Below are positions 48,090 to 58,701 of a DNA stretch of 64,000 bases, piece after piece (positions within the stretch are counted from its first letter, which is position 1; every line of letters begins with the position of its first letter). The translations under genes were made by a program, and so were the position numbers. This DNA is from Candidatus Bathyarchaeota archaeon (lineage in GTDB: Archaea; Thermoproteota; Bathyarchaeia; Bathyarchaeales; Bathycorpusculaceae), in assembly GCA_963782525.1 (NCBI GenBank), contig CAWAKC010000008.1, positions 26,517 through 90,516 on the forward strand. The letters run 5' to 3'. The notes under the pieces are model-generated. The model was not told the DNA's origin, ran no database searches, and saw only the letters and a program-made list of their open reading frames with translations.

Positions 48090-48213
48090 GAAACTCAAAG
48101 GGCGTTTACCAACCTTTTTTTCATTTCTTTTTTAGTTAGCAAGATTTATATGATTGTAGGTCACCTTTGCAATTGAAAACCAACTGTTAGTAAACAGTTT
48201 AGAAGTGGACTAA

Positions 48214-48507
48214 ATGACTGCAATTAAAGATTTACAAGATGGCATGAAACGGGTCAGCGTTGAAGCCAAAGTCGTGGATAAAGGCGACCCCCGAGAAGTT
48301 AAATCACGATTCAAAGATGAAACATACCGAATAGTTGACGCCGTCGTCGCAGACGAAACAGGCAGTGTAAAGCTGACTCTTTGGAATGAGCAGATTGACC
48401 AAATCAACGTTGGCGACAACATAAAAATCGAAAATGGCTACGTTACTAGTTTTAAGAGTGAAATTCAACTTAACGTTGGCAAATTCGGCAAATTAACTGT
48501 TGAATAA
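48214..48507 (+). CDS. ssb: Single-OB-fold single-stranded DNA-binding protein
   Basis: IKDL..GM..V.VE..V, ADETGSVKLTLW, I.NGYV, LNVGKFG. Confidence 0.9.
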   Translation: MTAIKDLQDGMKRVSVEAKVVDKGDPREVKSRFKDETYRIVDAVVADETGSVKLTLWNEQIDQINVGDNIKIENGYVTSFKSEIQLNVGKFGKLTVE

Positions 48508-48690
48508 ATCTTACTTCAGCCCTTTTCAGTGGCTAGATGAATATCGCTTTTTATTTTTATCCTTGTTTGCAGGTTTTTTCCTAATGTCAAGAAGCAACTT
48601 ATTCTCGTGTAAAAAAATTGGTTTTCTTATGCATAAAAATCAGCGTTGATTTTGCTGGGAAATTGTTTTATTTTAGACCTCATCTAAGTA

Positions 48691-49346
48691 ATGGCTATGG
48701 TTTTAAAGAGAGCGCCCGCTTTCTTCGCAGTAATAATCTTTTTTGCATTAGCGATTTCTCTAATTGCCCTTGACATGGATACCACCAACGCGATGGATGC
48801 AAGCATACGATTGTTTGGGTTAAACGGCTTTATTGCCTTAAGCGTTGCGGCCATCCTAACACCTTTTATTAAAGAAGTAACGCTTTTTTTCAAAAAATCA
48901 TTCATTAAAGTTCATCATTACTTCGCGGCTGCTGGTTTGCTCATGATAACATTGCATCCGATTGCCGTAGCAATCCTATTTGTAAACCCTAGCATCCTCT
49001 ACCCAACTTTGAGTCGCTCTCCAACTTCTTCTTCTACGGCGGCAGTGTCGCATTAATAGCGATTTACACAGCGTTTGGAGCGGTGATTTTACGGAGAAAA
49101 GCTGTGGCTTACTGGCGCTACTTCCACGCGCTAATGTATGTAGCTTTGTTCTTTGGGGTGGTTCACGCTAACCTTTGGGGTCGGGATTTTGAAAACGGCT
49201 TCATCGTAGTCATTTATGATGGGCTATTCGTCGCTGCGTTGGCCGCGTTTGTTTTGAAGCGTTGGCAATTCTATCAAATAAAGCAAAAAAGAAACCGCGC
49301 AAATAATCATCTCAAAGTGGTTTCTGAACCAATCAAAACTGCCTGA
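48691..49346 (+). pseudogene. Ferric-reductase-like transmembrane heme protein, frameshifted near 49000
   Basis: His pairs VHH..LH and FH..VH in two ORFs; a linking frame PNFESLSNFFFYGGSVALIAIY is visible. Confidence 0.7.
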
Positions 49347-49420
49347 ATTAAACCACTTTTCAGAAAAAACTTAATTAATTCTGTCGTTCGGTCATTTGTT
49401 ATAGTTTGTAGGGAAACATA

Positions 49421-51379
49421 GTGCAGTTTGAACTTGTAGCGCCATTCCAAACTTCGCCCGGGCAGCAAGCCGCGGTAGAGCAGTTAGTGAATAACTTCTC
49501 TACAAAACCCAAACAAACGCTTCTGGGCATCACGGGAAGCGGCAAAACTTTTGTCATGGCAAACGTAATTAATAAACTTCAAAAACCCACCCTAATAATC
49601 GCCCACAACAAGACGTTGGCGGCGCAGCTTTACGCGGAGTTAAAAGACCTCTTCCCCTGCAACCGAGTGGAATACTTTATCAGTTTTTATGATTACTATC
49701 AGCCTGAGTCTTACCTGCCAGCCCAAGACATGTACATTGAAAAAGATTCTACTGTAAACGAGCAGATCGAAAAAATGCGCATGCACGCGGTGTCGAGCAT
49801 CGTGAGCCGAAATGACACGATAATTGTCGCAAGCATTAGCTGCATCTACAGCTTAGGCAACCCCGATGACTTCCGAACCATGGCAGCTGCACTCGAAGTT
49901 GGGAAACAAATTTCGAGGCAACAGCTAATCCGTGAACTCGTGGACATGCAGTACGAACGCAACGATATGGTGTTGGAACCAGGACGTTTCCGAGTGCGAG
50001 GCGACACCGTTGATGTTGTGCCATCTTACGAAAACGAAATCTTGCGCGTTGAACTAGACGGCAACGCAATAAAAAAAATTAAAGAAGTTAACCTGTTAAA
50101 CGGTGATGTGAAAACAGCTCTCGATAAGTTTACGCTTTATCCCGCACGCCAATACGTTGTGCCCGAGGAGAAGCATGCCTTGGCGCTTGAACTCATCAAA
50201 CAGGAGTTGGAAGCGAGGTTGCCCAGTTTGCCACCGCTTGAAGCTCATAGGCTTAAGCAACGAACGAACTACGACCTTGAAATGATTAAAGAAGTGGGTT
50301 TCTGTGCTGGGATGGAAAATTACAGCCGACACTTCGACGGACGCAAACCTGGCGAACCCCCGTTTACTTTGATGGATTACTTCCCCAAAGACTACCTTTT
50401 AATCATTGACGAGAGCCACCAGACTATTCCGCAATCCCGTGCCATGTATAATGGAGATTTTGCAAGAAAAAAGAACCTCGTTGACTTCGGTTTCAGACTC
50501 CCAAGCGCCCTTGACAACCGCCCGCTGAAGTTTGATGAGTTTGAGAAGAAAATGGGTAAGGTCCTCTTCGTGTCAGCAACTCCAGCCGAATATGAACTTG
50601 AAAAGAGCGGCCCACCCGTCGAATTAATCACAAGACCTACAGGGCTTTTGGATCCTGAGGTTGAGATGCGGCCAATTGAGGGGCAGATGCAGGATTTGAT
50701 GGTAGAAGCCAAAAAAACAATCACGCGAGGCGACCGCGTCTTAGTCACAACATTAACAAAGCGCATGGCTGAGGACCTGGCCAATTACTTGTCTAAGGAA
50801 GGTTTTCGCGTTAGGTATATGCATTCTGAAATCGAAAGCCTCGATCGCATAGAGTTAATTCGCCAACTGCGTGTTAACGATTTTGACATCCTAGTGGGAA
50901 TCAACCTGCTGCGGGAAGGCTTAGACATACCTGAGGTCGCAACCATCTTCATCTTGGACGCAGATAAGGAAGGGTTCCTGCGCGACGAGCGAAGCCTTAT
51001 TCAAACCATCGGGCGCGCATCAAGAAACGTTAATGGCAAAGTTATTCTTTATGCAGATGTTGAGACGCGATCGATTAAACGCGCAATGGAAATCACCTGG
51101 TATCGGCGCAGTTTCCAGAAACGTTTCAACCAAGAACACGGTATCACCCCCAAAACCATCATAAAGAGTGTCTCTCACAAAGAAGGCATTATCAAGGGCA
51201 CCAAGCACTTGCCTGAAGCTGATATAAAACGGCGGATTATCGAGTTGGATGCTCAGATGAGGGAATCCGCCGAGAAGTTGGACTTTGAACGTGCAATCGA
51301 GCTTAGAGATGAGATTGCTGAGCTTAACAAAGCGCTGGATAGGAAGATGGAAAATGGAGCTGTTACGCCAGAAAATTAA
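49421..51379 (+). CDS. uvrB: Excinuclease ABC subunit B
   Basis: GITGSGKT, HNKTLAAQLY, YDYYQPE, DESH, VSATP, GINLLREGLD, QTIGRA. Confidence 0.98.
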   Translation: MQFELVAPFQTSPGQQAAVEQLVNNFSTKPKQTLLGITGSGKTFVMANVINKLQKPTLIIAHNKTLAAQLYAELKDLFPCNRVEYFISFYDYYQPESYLPAQDMYIEKDSTVNEQIEKMRMHAVSSIVSRNDTIIVASISCIYSLGNPDDFRTMAAALEVGKQISRQQLIRELVDMQYERNDMVLEPGRFRVRGDTVDVVPSYENEILRVELDGNAIKKIKEVNLLNGDVKTALDKFTLYPARQYVVPEEKHALALELIKQELEARLPSLPPLEAHRLKQRTNYDLEMIKEVGFCAGMENYSRHFDGRKPGEPPFTLMDYFPKDYLLIIDESHQTIPQSRAMYNGDFARKKNLVDFGFRLPSALDNRPLKFDEFEKKMGKVLFVSATPAEYELEKSGPPVELITRPTGLLDPEVEMRPIEGQMQDLMVEAKKTITRGDRVLVTTLTKRMAEDLANYLSKEGFRVRYMHSEIESLDRIELIRQLRVNDFDILVGINLLREGLDIPEVATIFILDADKEGFLRDERSLIQTIGRASRNVNGKVILYADVETRSIKRAMEITWYRRSFQKRFNQEHGITPKTIIKSVSHKEGIIKGTKHLPEADIKRRIIELDAQMRESAEKLDFERAIELRDEIAELNKALDRKMENGAVTPEN

Positions 51380-51453
51380 AGATTTAGCGCAAAAAGGTTC
51401 TAATCTTCCTGAATAACCTCCTTACAAAATGAATCAAAATAGGAATTTAGTTT

Positions 51454-54357
51454 ATGCGAGATAACGTTTCGATTAAGGGTGCACGGGAACACAACTTAAA
51501 GAATATCGATTTGGAGTTGCCCCGAAACAAGTTTATAGTTATAACTGGGCTTTCAGGGTCAGGAAAATCCACGTTAGCCTTCGACACGATTTACGCTGAA
51601 GGACAACGTAGGTACGTTGAAAGCCTCAGCGCCTACGCTCGGCAGTTTTTGGGTTTAATGGATAAGCCTGATGTGGATTCGATTGAAGGGCTTTCTCCAG
51701 CAATTTCGATTGAGCAGAAGAGCACAAGCAAAAATCCCCGCTCAACTGTTGGGACAGTCACAGAAATCTACGATTACCTAAGGTTACTATTTGCGCGAAT
51801 TGGCGTTCATCATTGTCCCAAGTGCGGTAGCTCGATTCACCCGCAAAGCGCGGAGAACATCACCAGCTTAGTAATGGCTGAAAAAGGAAAAACCCTCACG
51901 TTCTTAGCTCCAGTCATTCGCGGAATAAAGGGCACACACGAACAAGTCTTTGAAGATCTCAAAAAACAAGGCTACACCAAAATCCGCGCAGACCAAAAAA
52001 TCTACGAATCCGACACAATCAAAGAAGAACTTAAGCTGGTTCGGTACGAAAAACACTGGATTGAAGCAGTCATCGATACAGTGCCAATAGTCGATGAGGA
52101 GCGTTCACGCATTTCCGAAGCCGTCGAACAGGCGCTTCAAGTCGGCAAAGGAACCATGATAATAATCGACGCCCAAAAAGCTGAAGGCGAAAAGAAAAAG
52201 GAACTGGAACGTTTCGCTGACGAAGTAATGTACAGCACTTTCGGAGCCTGCCCGAACCACCCCGAAATTGTATTTGAAAGCCTCGAACCTAGAATGTTTA
52301 GTTTTAACTCTCCGTTTGGGGCTTGTCCAACCTGCCATGGCTTAGGAGAAATCACCGAAGTCACAGCCGATAAAGTGATTCCTGATCCGAGTCTTTCCAT
52401 AATGGATGGGGCGTTGGCTGTTTACAAGGGCACCATGGAACTTAGCTGGCGAGCACAGCAAATAGCAACAGTGGGCAAAAAATACGGTTTCGACGTCTTC
52501 ACACCGATTAAGGATTTCACTGAACAGCAACTTCAAGTTCTTCTATACGGAGATAAAGAACCAATTAACGGTAGCTGGTCAAATGGCGCCAGTATGTGGA
52601 TGCGTGAGGGTTGGGAAGGCATAATCCCACAAACCATGCGGCTGTATCGGCAGACTGAAAGTGAATGGCGCAAAGAAGACATCGAAAAATACATGACTTC
52701 TAGACCATGCGGTACATGCAATGGCAAAAAACTTCAACCAGTTGTTCTTGCAGTAAAAGTTTTGGACAAAAGTATAATTGACGTCACAGACCTCTCGATT
52801 GAAGAATCAGTTGGCTTCTTCCATAACTTGCCTCCCAAGTTAAACGAAAATGAATTGTTCATAGCTAAGCAGGTGCTCAAAGAAGTTAACGAAAGACTGG
52901 GTTTTCTTAAGAATGTTGGTTTAGGTTATCTTTCGTTGTCCCGCGCAGCGAAGACACTTTCAGGTGGAGAAGCCCAACGTATTCGATTAGCCACTCAGAT
53001 TGGCAGCAACCTCATGGGCGTCCTCTACATTCTTGACGAGCCCAGCATAGGTTTACACCAGCGTGACAACGCCAAACTTATCAGTACCTTGCAGCGTCTG
53101 CGAGATTTAGGTAACACCTTAATCGTGGTTGAACACGATGAAGAGACGATGCGGCATGCTGACTATATCGTTGACATGGGTCCAGGTGCAGGAATCCATG
53201 GTGGGCACATCGTTGCAGAAGGCAGCCCCCAAGAAGTAATGGAAAATCCCCGTAGCCTCACAGGCAAATACCTTTCAGGCGAACTAAAAATTGAAGTGCC
53301 AACAGAGAGGCGCCAACCAGTCGGCTACATCACTGTTAAGGGTGCCCAAGAAAACAACCTCAAAAACCTCAGCCTTCAGTTGCCATTGGGCGTACTATGC
53401 GGAATTACTGGGGTTTCGGGTTCAGGCAAAAGCACACTGATGAACTTGACGGTTATTCCTGCTCTAAGGAAAATGTTTGGGGAGCAGGTTGATAAAATTG
53501 GCAAACATGACGAGTTGGGTGTTCCGTCGGTTGTGCGTAATGTAATTGTGATTGACCAAGACCCTATCGGTCGAACTCCTAGAAGCAACCCAGCAACATA
53601 CACCAAGCTTTTCGATGAGATACGACGCATTTTTGCTTCAACCAAAGAAGCTAAAGCACGCGGCTACAAAGAAGGGCGCTTCAGCTTCAACGTGAGAGGT
53701 GGACGATGTGAAACTTGCCAGGGCGATGGTGTTCTGCGCATTGAAATGAACTTCCTGCCAGACGTCTACGTGCAATGCAGCGAATGTAAGGGGAAACGTT
53801 ACAACAAAGAAACCTTGGGTGTTCTCTACAAGGGCAAGAACATTGCTGAAGTGTTGGATATGACTGTTGAAGAAGCCGCTAAATTCTTTGAGAATACTCC
53901 GAGGGTTTCACGCAAACTTGAAACGCTTCTCGATGTTGGGTTAGGTTACATAAAGCTGGGGCAAAGCTCAACCACCCTGTCAGGCGGAGAAAGCCAACGA
54001 ATCAAAATTACCCGTGAACTCAGCAAGCATAAATCCGGACACACCGTCTACATGCTAGACGAACCAACCACTGGGCTACACTTCGACGACACCAAACGCC
54101 TTATCAAAGTGCTCAATCGGCTGGTAGACAACGGCAACACTGTCTACATCATCGAACACAACCTCGACGTCATCAAAAGCTGCGATTACCTCATCGATTT
54201 GGGTCCTGAAGGAGGAGCTGCAGGCGGCGAATTGCTCGCTCAGGGAACACCTGAAGAAGTCTCAAAATTCAACATCTCATACACAGGACTGTTTTTACAA
54301 AAGATACTTAACCTCAAGCCAGAAGAACATGTTTTGGCAGTGAAACAGCCTGTATGA
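51454..54357 (+). CDS. uvrA: Excinuclease ABC subunit A
   Basis: GAREHNLKN, two ABC ATPase domains, Zn fingers. Confidence 0.98.
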   Translation: MRDNVSIKGAREHNLKNIDLELPRNKFIVITGLSGSGKSTLAFDTIYAEGQRRYVESLSAYARQFLGLMDKPDVDSIEGLSPAISIEQKSTSKNPRSTVGTVTEIYDYLRLLFARIGVHHCPKCGSSIHPQSAENITSLVMAEKGKTLTFLAPVIRGIKGTHEQVFEDLKKQGYTKIRADQKIYESDTIKEELKLVRYEKHWIEAVIDTVPIVDEERSRISEAVEQALQVGKGTMIIIDAQKAEGEKKKELERFADEVMYSTFGACPNHPEIVFESLEPRMFSFNSPFGACPTCHGLGEITEVTADKVIPDPSLSIMDGALAVYKGTMELSWRAQQIATVGKKYGFDVFTPIKDFTEQQLQVLLYGDKEPINGSWSNGASMWMREGWEGIIPQTMRLYRQTESEWRKEDIEKYMTSRPCGTCNGKKLQPVVLAVKVLDKSIIDVTDLSIEESVGFFHNLPPKLNENELFIAKQVLKEVNERLGFLKNVGLGYLSLSRAAKTLSGGEAQRIRLATQIGSNLMGVLYILDEPSIGLHQRDNAKLISTLQRLRDLGNTLIVVEHDEETMRHADYIVDMGPGAGIHGGHIVAEGSPQEVMENPRSLTGKYLSGELKIEVPTERRQPVGYITVKGAQENNLKNLSLQLPLGVLCGITGVSGSGKSTLMNLTVIPALRKMFGEQVDKIGKHDELGVPSVVRNVIVIDQDPIGRTPRSNPATYTKLFDEIRRIFASTKEAKARGYKEGRFSFNVRGGRCETCQGDGVLRIEMNFLPDVYVQCSECKGKRYNKETLGVLYKGKNIAEVLDMTVEEAAKFFENTPRVSRKLETLLDVGLGYIKLGQSSTTLSGGESQRIKITRELSKHKSGHTVYMLDEPTTGLHFDDTKRLIKVLNRLVDNGNTVYIIEHNLDVIKSCDYLIDLGPEGGAAGGELLAQGTPEEVSKFNISYTGLFLQKILNLKPEEHVLAVKQPV

Positions 54358-55964
54358 TCCAAATTAATGATCCGCAAGACTTCAAAAGCCGCGATATACC
54401 TACTGACCCCGGTGTCTACCTCTACCGCGACGAGCAAAGGGAAATCATTTACGTGGGCAAAGCCAAAAGTTTGCGCTCTCGGGTTAAGAGTTATTTTTCA
54501 AGCAACGACCACCCACTGAAGACGCGGCAGCTGGTGTTGCATATTCGCCAAATTGACTGGGTTATCGTCAACACCGAAGTTGAAGCGCTCCTCTTAGAAA
54601 ACAAGCTAATCAAGCAACATACGCCCAAGTACAATGTTAACCTCAAAGACGCCAAAACCTTCGCATACATCTCACTGACCAGAGAAACCTATCCAAGGAT
54701 ACTTACCAGCCGTAAGGTTTCGCGGAAACTGGAATCTTTTGGACCTTACACCGACGGATTCACACGCCAAGACCTACAACGCTTAGTTGTTAAAGTGTTT
54801 AAACTGCGCACCTGCAAAACCATGCCCAAGCGAGCATGCTTAAACTACCACATTCACCTGTGCACCGCTCCATGCATCGGCAAAGCCATGGCAGAACAAT
54901 ACGCCGACCAAGTACGGCAGGCACGCAGCTTCTTAAATGGAAACTACCAACAAACAATCGAACAACTCAAAAATCAAATGCACTCCGCCTCCCAAGCCCT
55001 GCAATACGAAACTGCGCTTGAACTCCGCAACCAAATCCTCTCAATAAGACTCGTCACGGAACATCAAATCGTCGATAAAGAACGCCGCTACGACCAGGAC
55101 GTACTGGTGTTTAGACAGGTAGGAGAGAAAATGTTGGCTGTTCAGATGGGCATGCGCAGAGGCGTTCTTTTAGGGAAGAAAGAATTCAGTGTAGATGTGC
55201 AGCCCCAAATTGAACAAGAATTTTTGAAGGCATATTACACGTCGAACCCTATTCCCAGGGAAATCTTGCTAAACAAGCCCTGTTGGCAGGGTGTGGAAGA
55301 GAAAAAAGCTTTGGAAGAGTTTCTTTCGGCTAAACGTGTTGCACCTGTCTCGTTGACTATTCCAAGGCGTGCCGATAAATTGGGGCTTGTGCAGTTGGCC
55401 GAGAAAAACTTGGAATCAGGCTTAGAGGTTGATAGCGCTTTGGTTGATTTGCAAAATAACCTCAACCTCCCCGTATTGCCCCATGTAATTGAGTGCTTTG
55501 ACATATCCAACCTGGGAACAGAACACGTCGTTTCAGGCATGGTCAGCTTCAAAGACGCCAAGCCCGACAAGAAAAACTACCGCAAATTCAAGATCAAAAC
55601 CTTTGTAGGGCAAGATGATTTTGCTGCTGTTCATGAGGTCGTGTTGAGGCGGTATAAGCGGTTGATAGAAGAGAAAACTCCGCTGCCTGACCTAATATTG
55701 ATTGATGGCGGACCGGGACAAGTCAGCGCCGCAAAAGCAGCCTTGCAAACCCTCGGGCTTCAACTTCCACTCATCGGTTTAGCCAAAGAACGTGAAGAAA
55801 TCTATTTGCCCGACGAATCTTCGCCGAGGAACTTTGACAAGAACAACAAAATGATGCTGCTGATAAGAAAAATCCGTGATGCAGCCCACGACTTTTCGCT
55901 TGGGTACAACCGCAAGCGACGGCAGATGAAAATCCGAGAAGAATTCAAGCCAACCAAAGCTTAA
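54354..55964 (+). CDS. uvrC: Excinuclease ABC subunit C
   Basis: GIY-YIG (PGVY, YVGKAK.L..RV.SYF), UVR domain, ECFDIS, DDF, IDGG.GQ; no C-terminal HhH. Confidence 0.95.
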   Translation: MIQINDPQDFKSRDIPTDPGVYLYRDEQREIIYVGKAKSLRSRVKSYFSSNDHPLKTRQLVLHIRQIDWVIVNTEVEALLLENKLIKQHTPKYNVNLKDAKTFAYISLTRETYPRILTSRKVSRKLESFGPYTDGFTRQDLQRLVVKVFKLRTCKTMPKRACLNYHIHLCTAPCIGKAMAEQYADQVRQARSFLNGNYQQTIEQLKNQMHSASQALQYETALELRNQILSIRLVTEHQIVDKERRYDQDVLVFRQVGEKMLAVQMGMRRGVLLGKKEFSVDVQPQIEQEFLKAYYTSNPIPREILLNKPCWQGVEEKKALEEFLSAKRVAPVSLTIPRRADKLGLVQLAEKNLESGLEVDSALVDLQNNLNLPVLPHVIECFDISNLGTEHVVSGMVSFKDAKPDKKNYRKFKIKTFVGQDDFAAVHEVVLRRYKRLIEEKTPLPDLILIDGGPGQVSAAKAALQTLGLQLPLIGLAKEREEIYLPDESSPRNFDKNNKMMLLIRKIRDAAHDFSLGYNRKRRQMKIREEFKPTKA

Positions 55965-56371
55965 AGAAACTTTTTAAGTGTTTCTTCAAGTTGGCTGAAA
56001 CTTTTTACAATTGCATTTGAATGGAAAACTATCCATGGACTGAGGCATTTTAGTTCCGACACCACAATCACGTGTTTGCCTTTGCGTTTGGCGTAGAACA
56101 TTTCCATGCAGGCACCCGCCGAAAGTATAGGCAAGTAAACCACCATGACGTCACATCGGTCGGCATCATCCAAGTCACGTTGAACAAAATCAAAGACTGG
56201 CACCTTATCCCACCAGCACTCCTCAGTTCCATTATAAAGCACGCGTTCTCTCTTCCAAGGGTCAATTACATCAAACCCCAGTTTGGCGCAGACTTCGGTG
56301 ATAGTTTTTCGGTAGTCCTGCTGTTTTTCCATGCCAATTATTGGGCCTGAAATGAACACTTGCTTTTTCAT
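55961..56371 (-). CDS. Nucleoside 2-deoxyribosyltransferase-like protein
   Basis: FISGPI, DPW, DL..AD.CD, SAGACME..YA. Confidence 0.75.
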   Translation of the reverse strand: MKKQVFISGPIIGMEKQQDYRKTITEVCAKLGFDVIDPWKRERVLYNGTEECWWDKVPVFDFVQRDLDDADRCDVMVVYLPILSAGACMEMFYAKRKGKHVIVVSELKCLSPWIVFHSNAIVKSFSQLEETLKKFL

Positions 56372-56483
56372 GCTTTAACCGTGAAATCAACAATCGTTAA
56401 GACTAATATGCTTTTTCGAACAGTTTCTAGGTGGTAAGGTTTAACCGTTATCCCTGTATTTAATTTGTATCCTAACATCTGGT

Positions 56484-57428
56484 TTGATGGAAATGTCCAA
56501 AAGTAACTCAATGCTCGAAAAAGCAACTGCATACGACAGAGTTAAGGTAACCCGCACAGAAGTCGATAGAGCGCTTGCATTACTCAAAGAGTTTAGGCAG
56601 AAGTATCCGTTCACGGAAAATCTAAGGGCAATAGAGTACTTGGATTCCGATAAACTCTTCAAGGTAAACCCTGATGAAGTCGGCGAATTCTTCCGCTTTA
56701 TAGAAGGCACCCTTAAGCCTCTTGGTCGCTCCACCTTTAACAGCTCCAACGTTTACCGAAACGCCCGCCTACAAATCGGGGAGTTCAAAAACCTGTTGCG
56801 CGTCGCAGTGGACACTCGAAAGTCTTTAGCCCAAAAAGTTGACGCTCTCTGGGAAAGGATAGGAGGATTAGGGCAAGACAAACAGCTTGCTAAAGAAATC
56901 ATATTCTGCTTCAATTATGAAAGTGGAACGGTATTGCCGATTTTTAATAATCAACACCTACGGCATTTTGTTAACCGAGTAACTGATGCCCCCAGCGGAC
57001 AAACAAAGTATTTTTCACTTGGACAAGAATACGAACACTACACCAATGAGTTGTTAAAAGCAAAAAACAGTTTACCGTTAACTCGAGCTTGGGATGCCCT
57101 GTATTTTGCAGTTTTCCTATACAACACATATCCGCCGCCAGACAGCGAAAAACCCACAACCAACCCGTCAGGAGAAGGAAAAACCATAAACGTAGTAACC
57201 AACGAACAGCTGGAACTAAGAGCGTTCGTAAAGCTACTTAGCGATCTGCAAACAAAGGGCAAAATCACGGGGCAACAATTCCGAGAATACCGTGAGCAAT
57301 GGACGCATCAGCAACCCAACGACCGCGACGTCCTAGCCTTGCGCCTAAAACTGCTCCTAACAGCAGAAACCAAACCAAACCCTGACCAACCAAAAAGTCA
57401 ACCATTCCAGAAACCCCGTAGACTGTAG
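56484..57428 (+). CDS. Hypothetical protein
   Basis: Long clean ORF; HhH-like IGGLG.DKQLA segment. Confidence 0.7.
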   Translation: MMEMSKSNSMLEKATAYDRVKVTRTEVDRALALLKEFRQKYPFTENLRAIEYLDSDKLFKVNPDEVGEFFRFIEGTLKPLGRSTFNSSNVYRNARLQIGEFKNLLRVAVDTRKSLAQKVDALWERIGGLGQDKQLAKEIIFCFNYESGTVLPIFNNQHLRHFVNRVTDAPSGQTKYFSLGQEYEHYTNELLKAKNSLPLTRAWDALYFAVFLYNTYPPPDSEKPTTNPSGEGKTINVVTNEQLELRAFVKLLSDLQTKGKITGQQFREYREQWTHQQPNDRDVLALRLKLLLTAETKPNPDQPKSQPFQKPRRL

Positions 57429-57455
57429 AAAACTCGCGATCGCTCCTTTCTTTTG

Positions 57456-57580
57456 TTAGAAGAAGAAAAAGGACTATTGCCTACGGAAAAGTGGTGTTCT
57501 TCTTCTTTCAAAGAAGTTCTGCTGCCGACGACAGTTATCGATTAGAAGAAGAAAAAATTGTCAATTTTTTCTTCTTTCAA
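57456..57580. repeat. Two TTAGAAGAAGAAAAA...TTCTTCTTTCAA palindromic units
   Basis: The second unit contains a perfect 15-bp inverted repeat (57546-57560 / 57562-57576). Confidence 0.6.
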
Positions 57581-57762
57581 CTTAACTCTAGACTTAAAGA
57601 GCAGAACAACAACACTGCATTGCCAACTGTTGTTGTTCTAACCCCTTATTTAGCAAAATTAACCAAATGCAAGGGTATGTTACTGATATGCAGCATTAGT
57701 GGGCGTTGTAATGGGCTACTATATACGTTCCCCTGTTGCTTATTTATGGAGAACGAAGCTGA

Positions 57763-58701
57763 TTGGTAGCGGCTTACATGATTGAGACTGAGAACCTTAC
57801 CAGAAAGTTCGGGAATCTGACTGCAGTTGACAACTTGACTTTCAAAGTAAATCAGGGAGAAATTTTTGGTTTTCTTGGGCCTAACGGCGCAGGAAAGACC
57901 ACCACTGTAAGAATGCTCTGTTGTCTGATATCTAAGACAAGCGGCACCGCTCGAATCGGTGATTATGAAATCGGCCAGCCCAAAGATGCTTTGAAGATTA
58001 GGAAGATCATTGGGCTCGTTCCAGACAATGTTGGTCTCTACGAATCCCTCACCGCCTATGAGAACCTAGATTACTATGGAACGCTTTACAGGCTGACCGA
58101 TTCCCAAAAGAAAGAAGGCATCGAATACTTCTTAAAATTGCTTGGGCTCTGGGAGAAAAGAAATGTTCTAGCTGGGGCGTTCTCTAAGGGGATGAAACAG
58201 AAGCTTGCTATAGCACGTGCCTTGATTCATGATCCTGAGATAATTTTCATGGATGAGCCGACGGCAAATCTAGACCCTGAGTCCGCAAAGACCGTAAGAG
58301 AATTCATCCTTGAATTGAAGAAAGAGAAGAAAACTATTTTTCTAAACACTCACAACCTCTATGAGGCGCAACGGGTCTGCGATAGGATTGGCATCTTGAA
58401 TACCAAGCTCATGGCGGTGGGGACTCCTCAAGAACTCGAAGGGTCTGTCCATGGGAGGAAAACAGTGATTCATTTAAGACAAGTGAATGAAATGATTCTT
58501 GATTCGTTGAAGAAGCTACAGGTCAAGAACATAGTCCACGAGGGCAACCAGCTGACAGTCGATATCGCGAATCCTCAAGAGGAGAATCCTGACATTATAA
58601 ACGCAATAGTCGCCGCGGGAGGACGCATCGAAACAGTGACAGTGACCAGCAGCTCACTGGAAGACGCTTACCTGAAACTAGTGAAGGAGAATATACATTG
58701 A
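57763..58701 (+). CDS. ABC-2 type transporter ATP-binding protein
   Basis: GPNGAGKTT, FSKGMKQK, MDEPT, NTH. Confidence 0.95.
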   Translation: MVAAYMIETENLTRKFGNLTAVDNLTFKVNQGEIFGFLGPNGAGKTTTVRMLCCLISKTSGTARIGDYEIGQPKDALKIRKIIGLVPDNVGLYESLTAYENLDYYGTLYRLTDSQKKEGIEYFLKLLGLWEKRNVLAGAFSKGMKQKLAIARALIHDPEIIFMDEPTANLDPESAKTVREFILELKKEKKTIFLNTHNLYEAQRVCDRIGILNTKLMAVGTPQELEGSVHGRKTVIHLRQVNEMILDSLKKLQVKNIVHEGNQLTVDIANPQEENPDIINAIVAAGGRIETVTVTSSSLEDAYLKLVKENIH

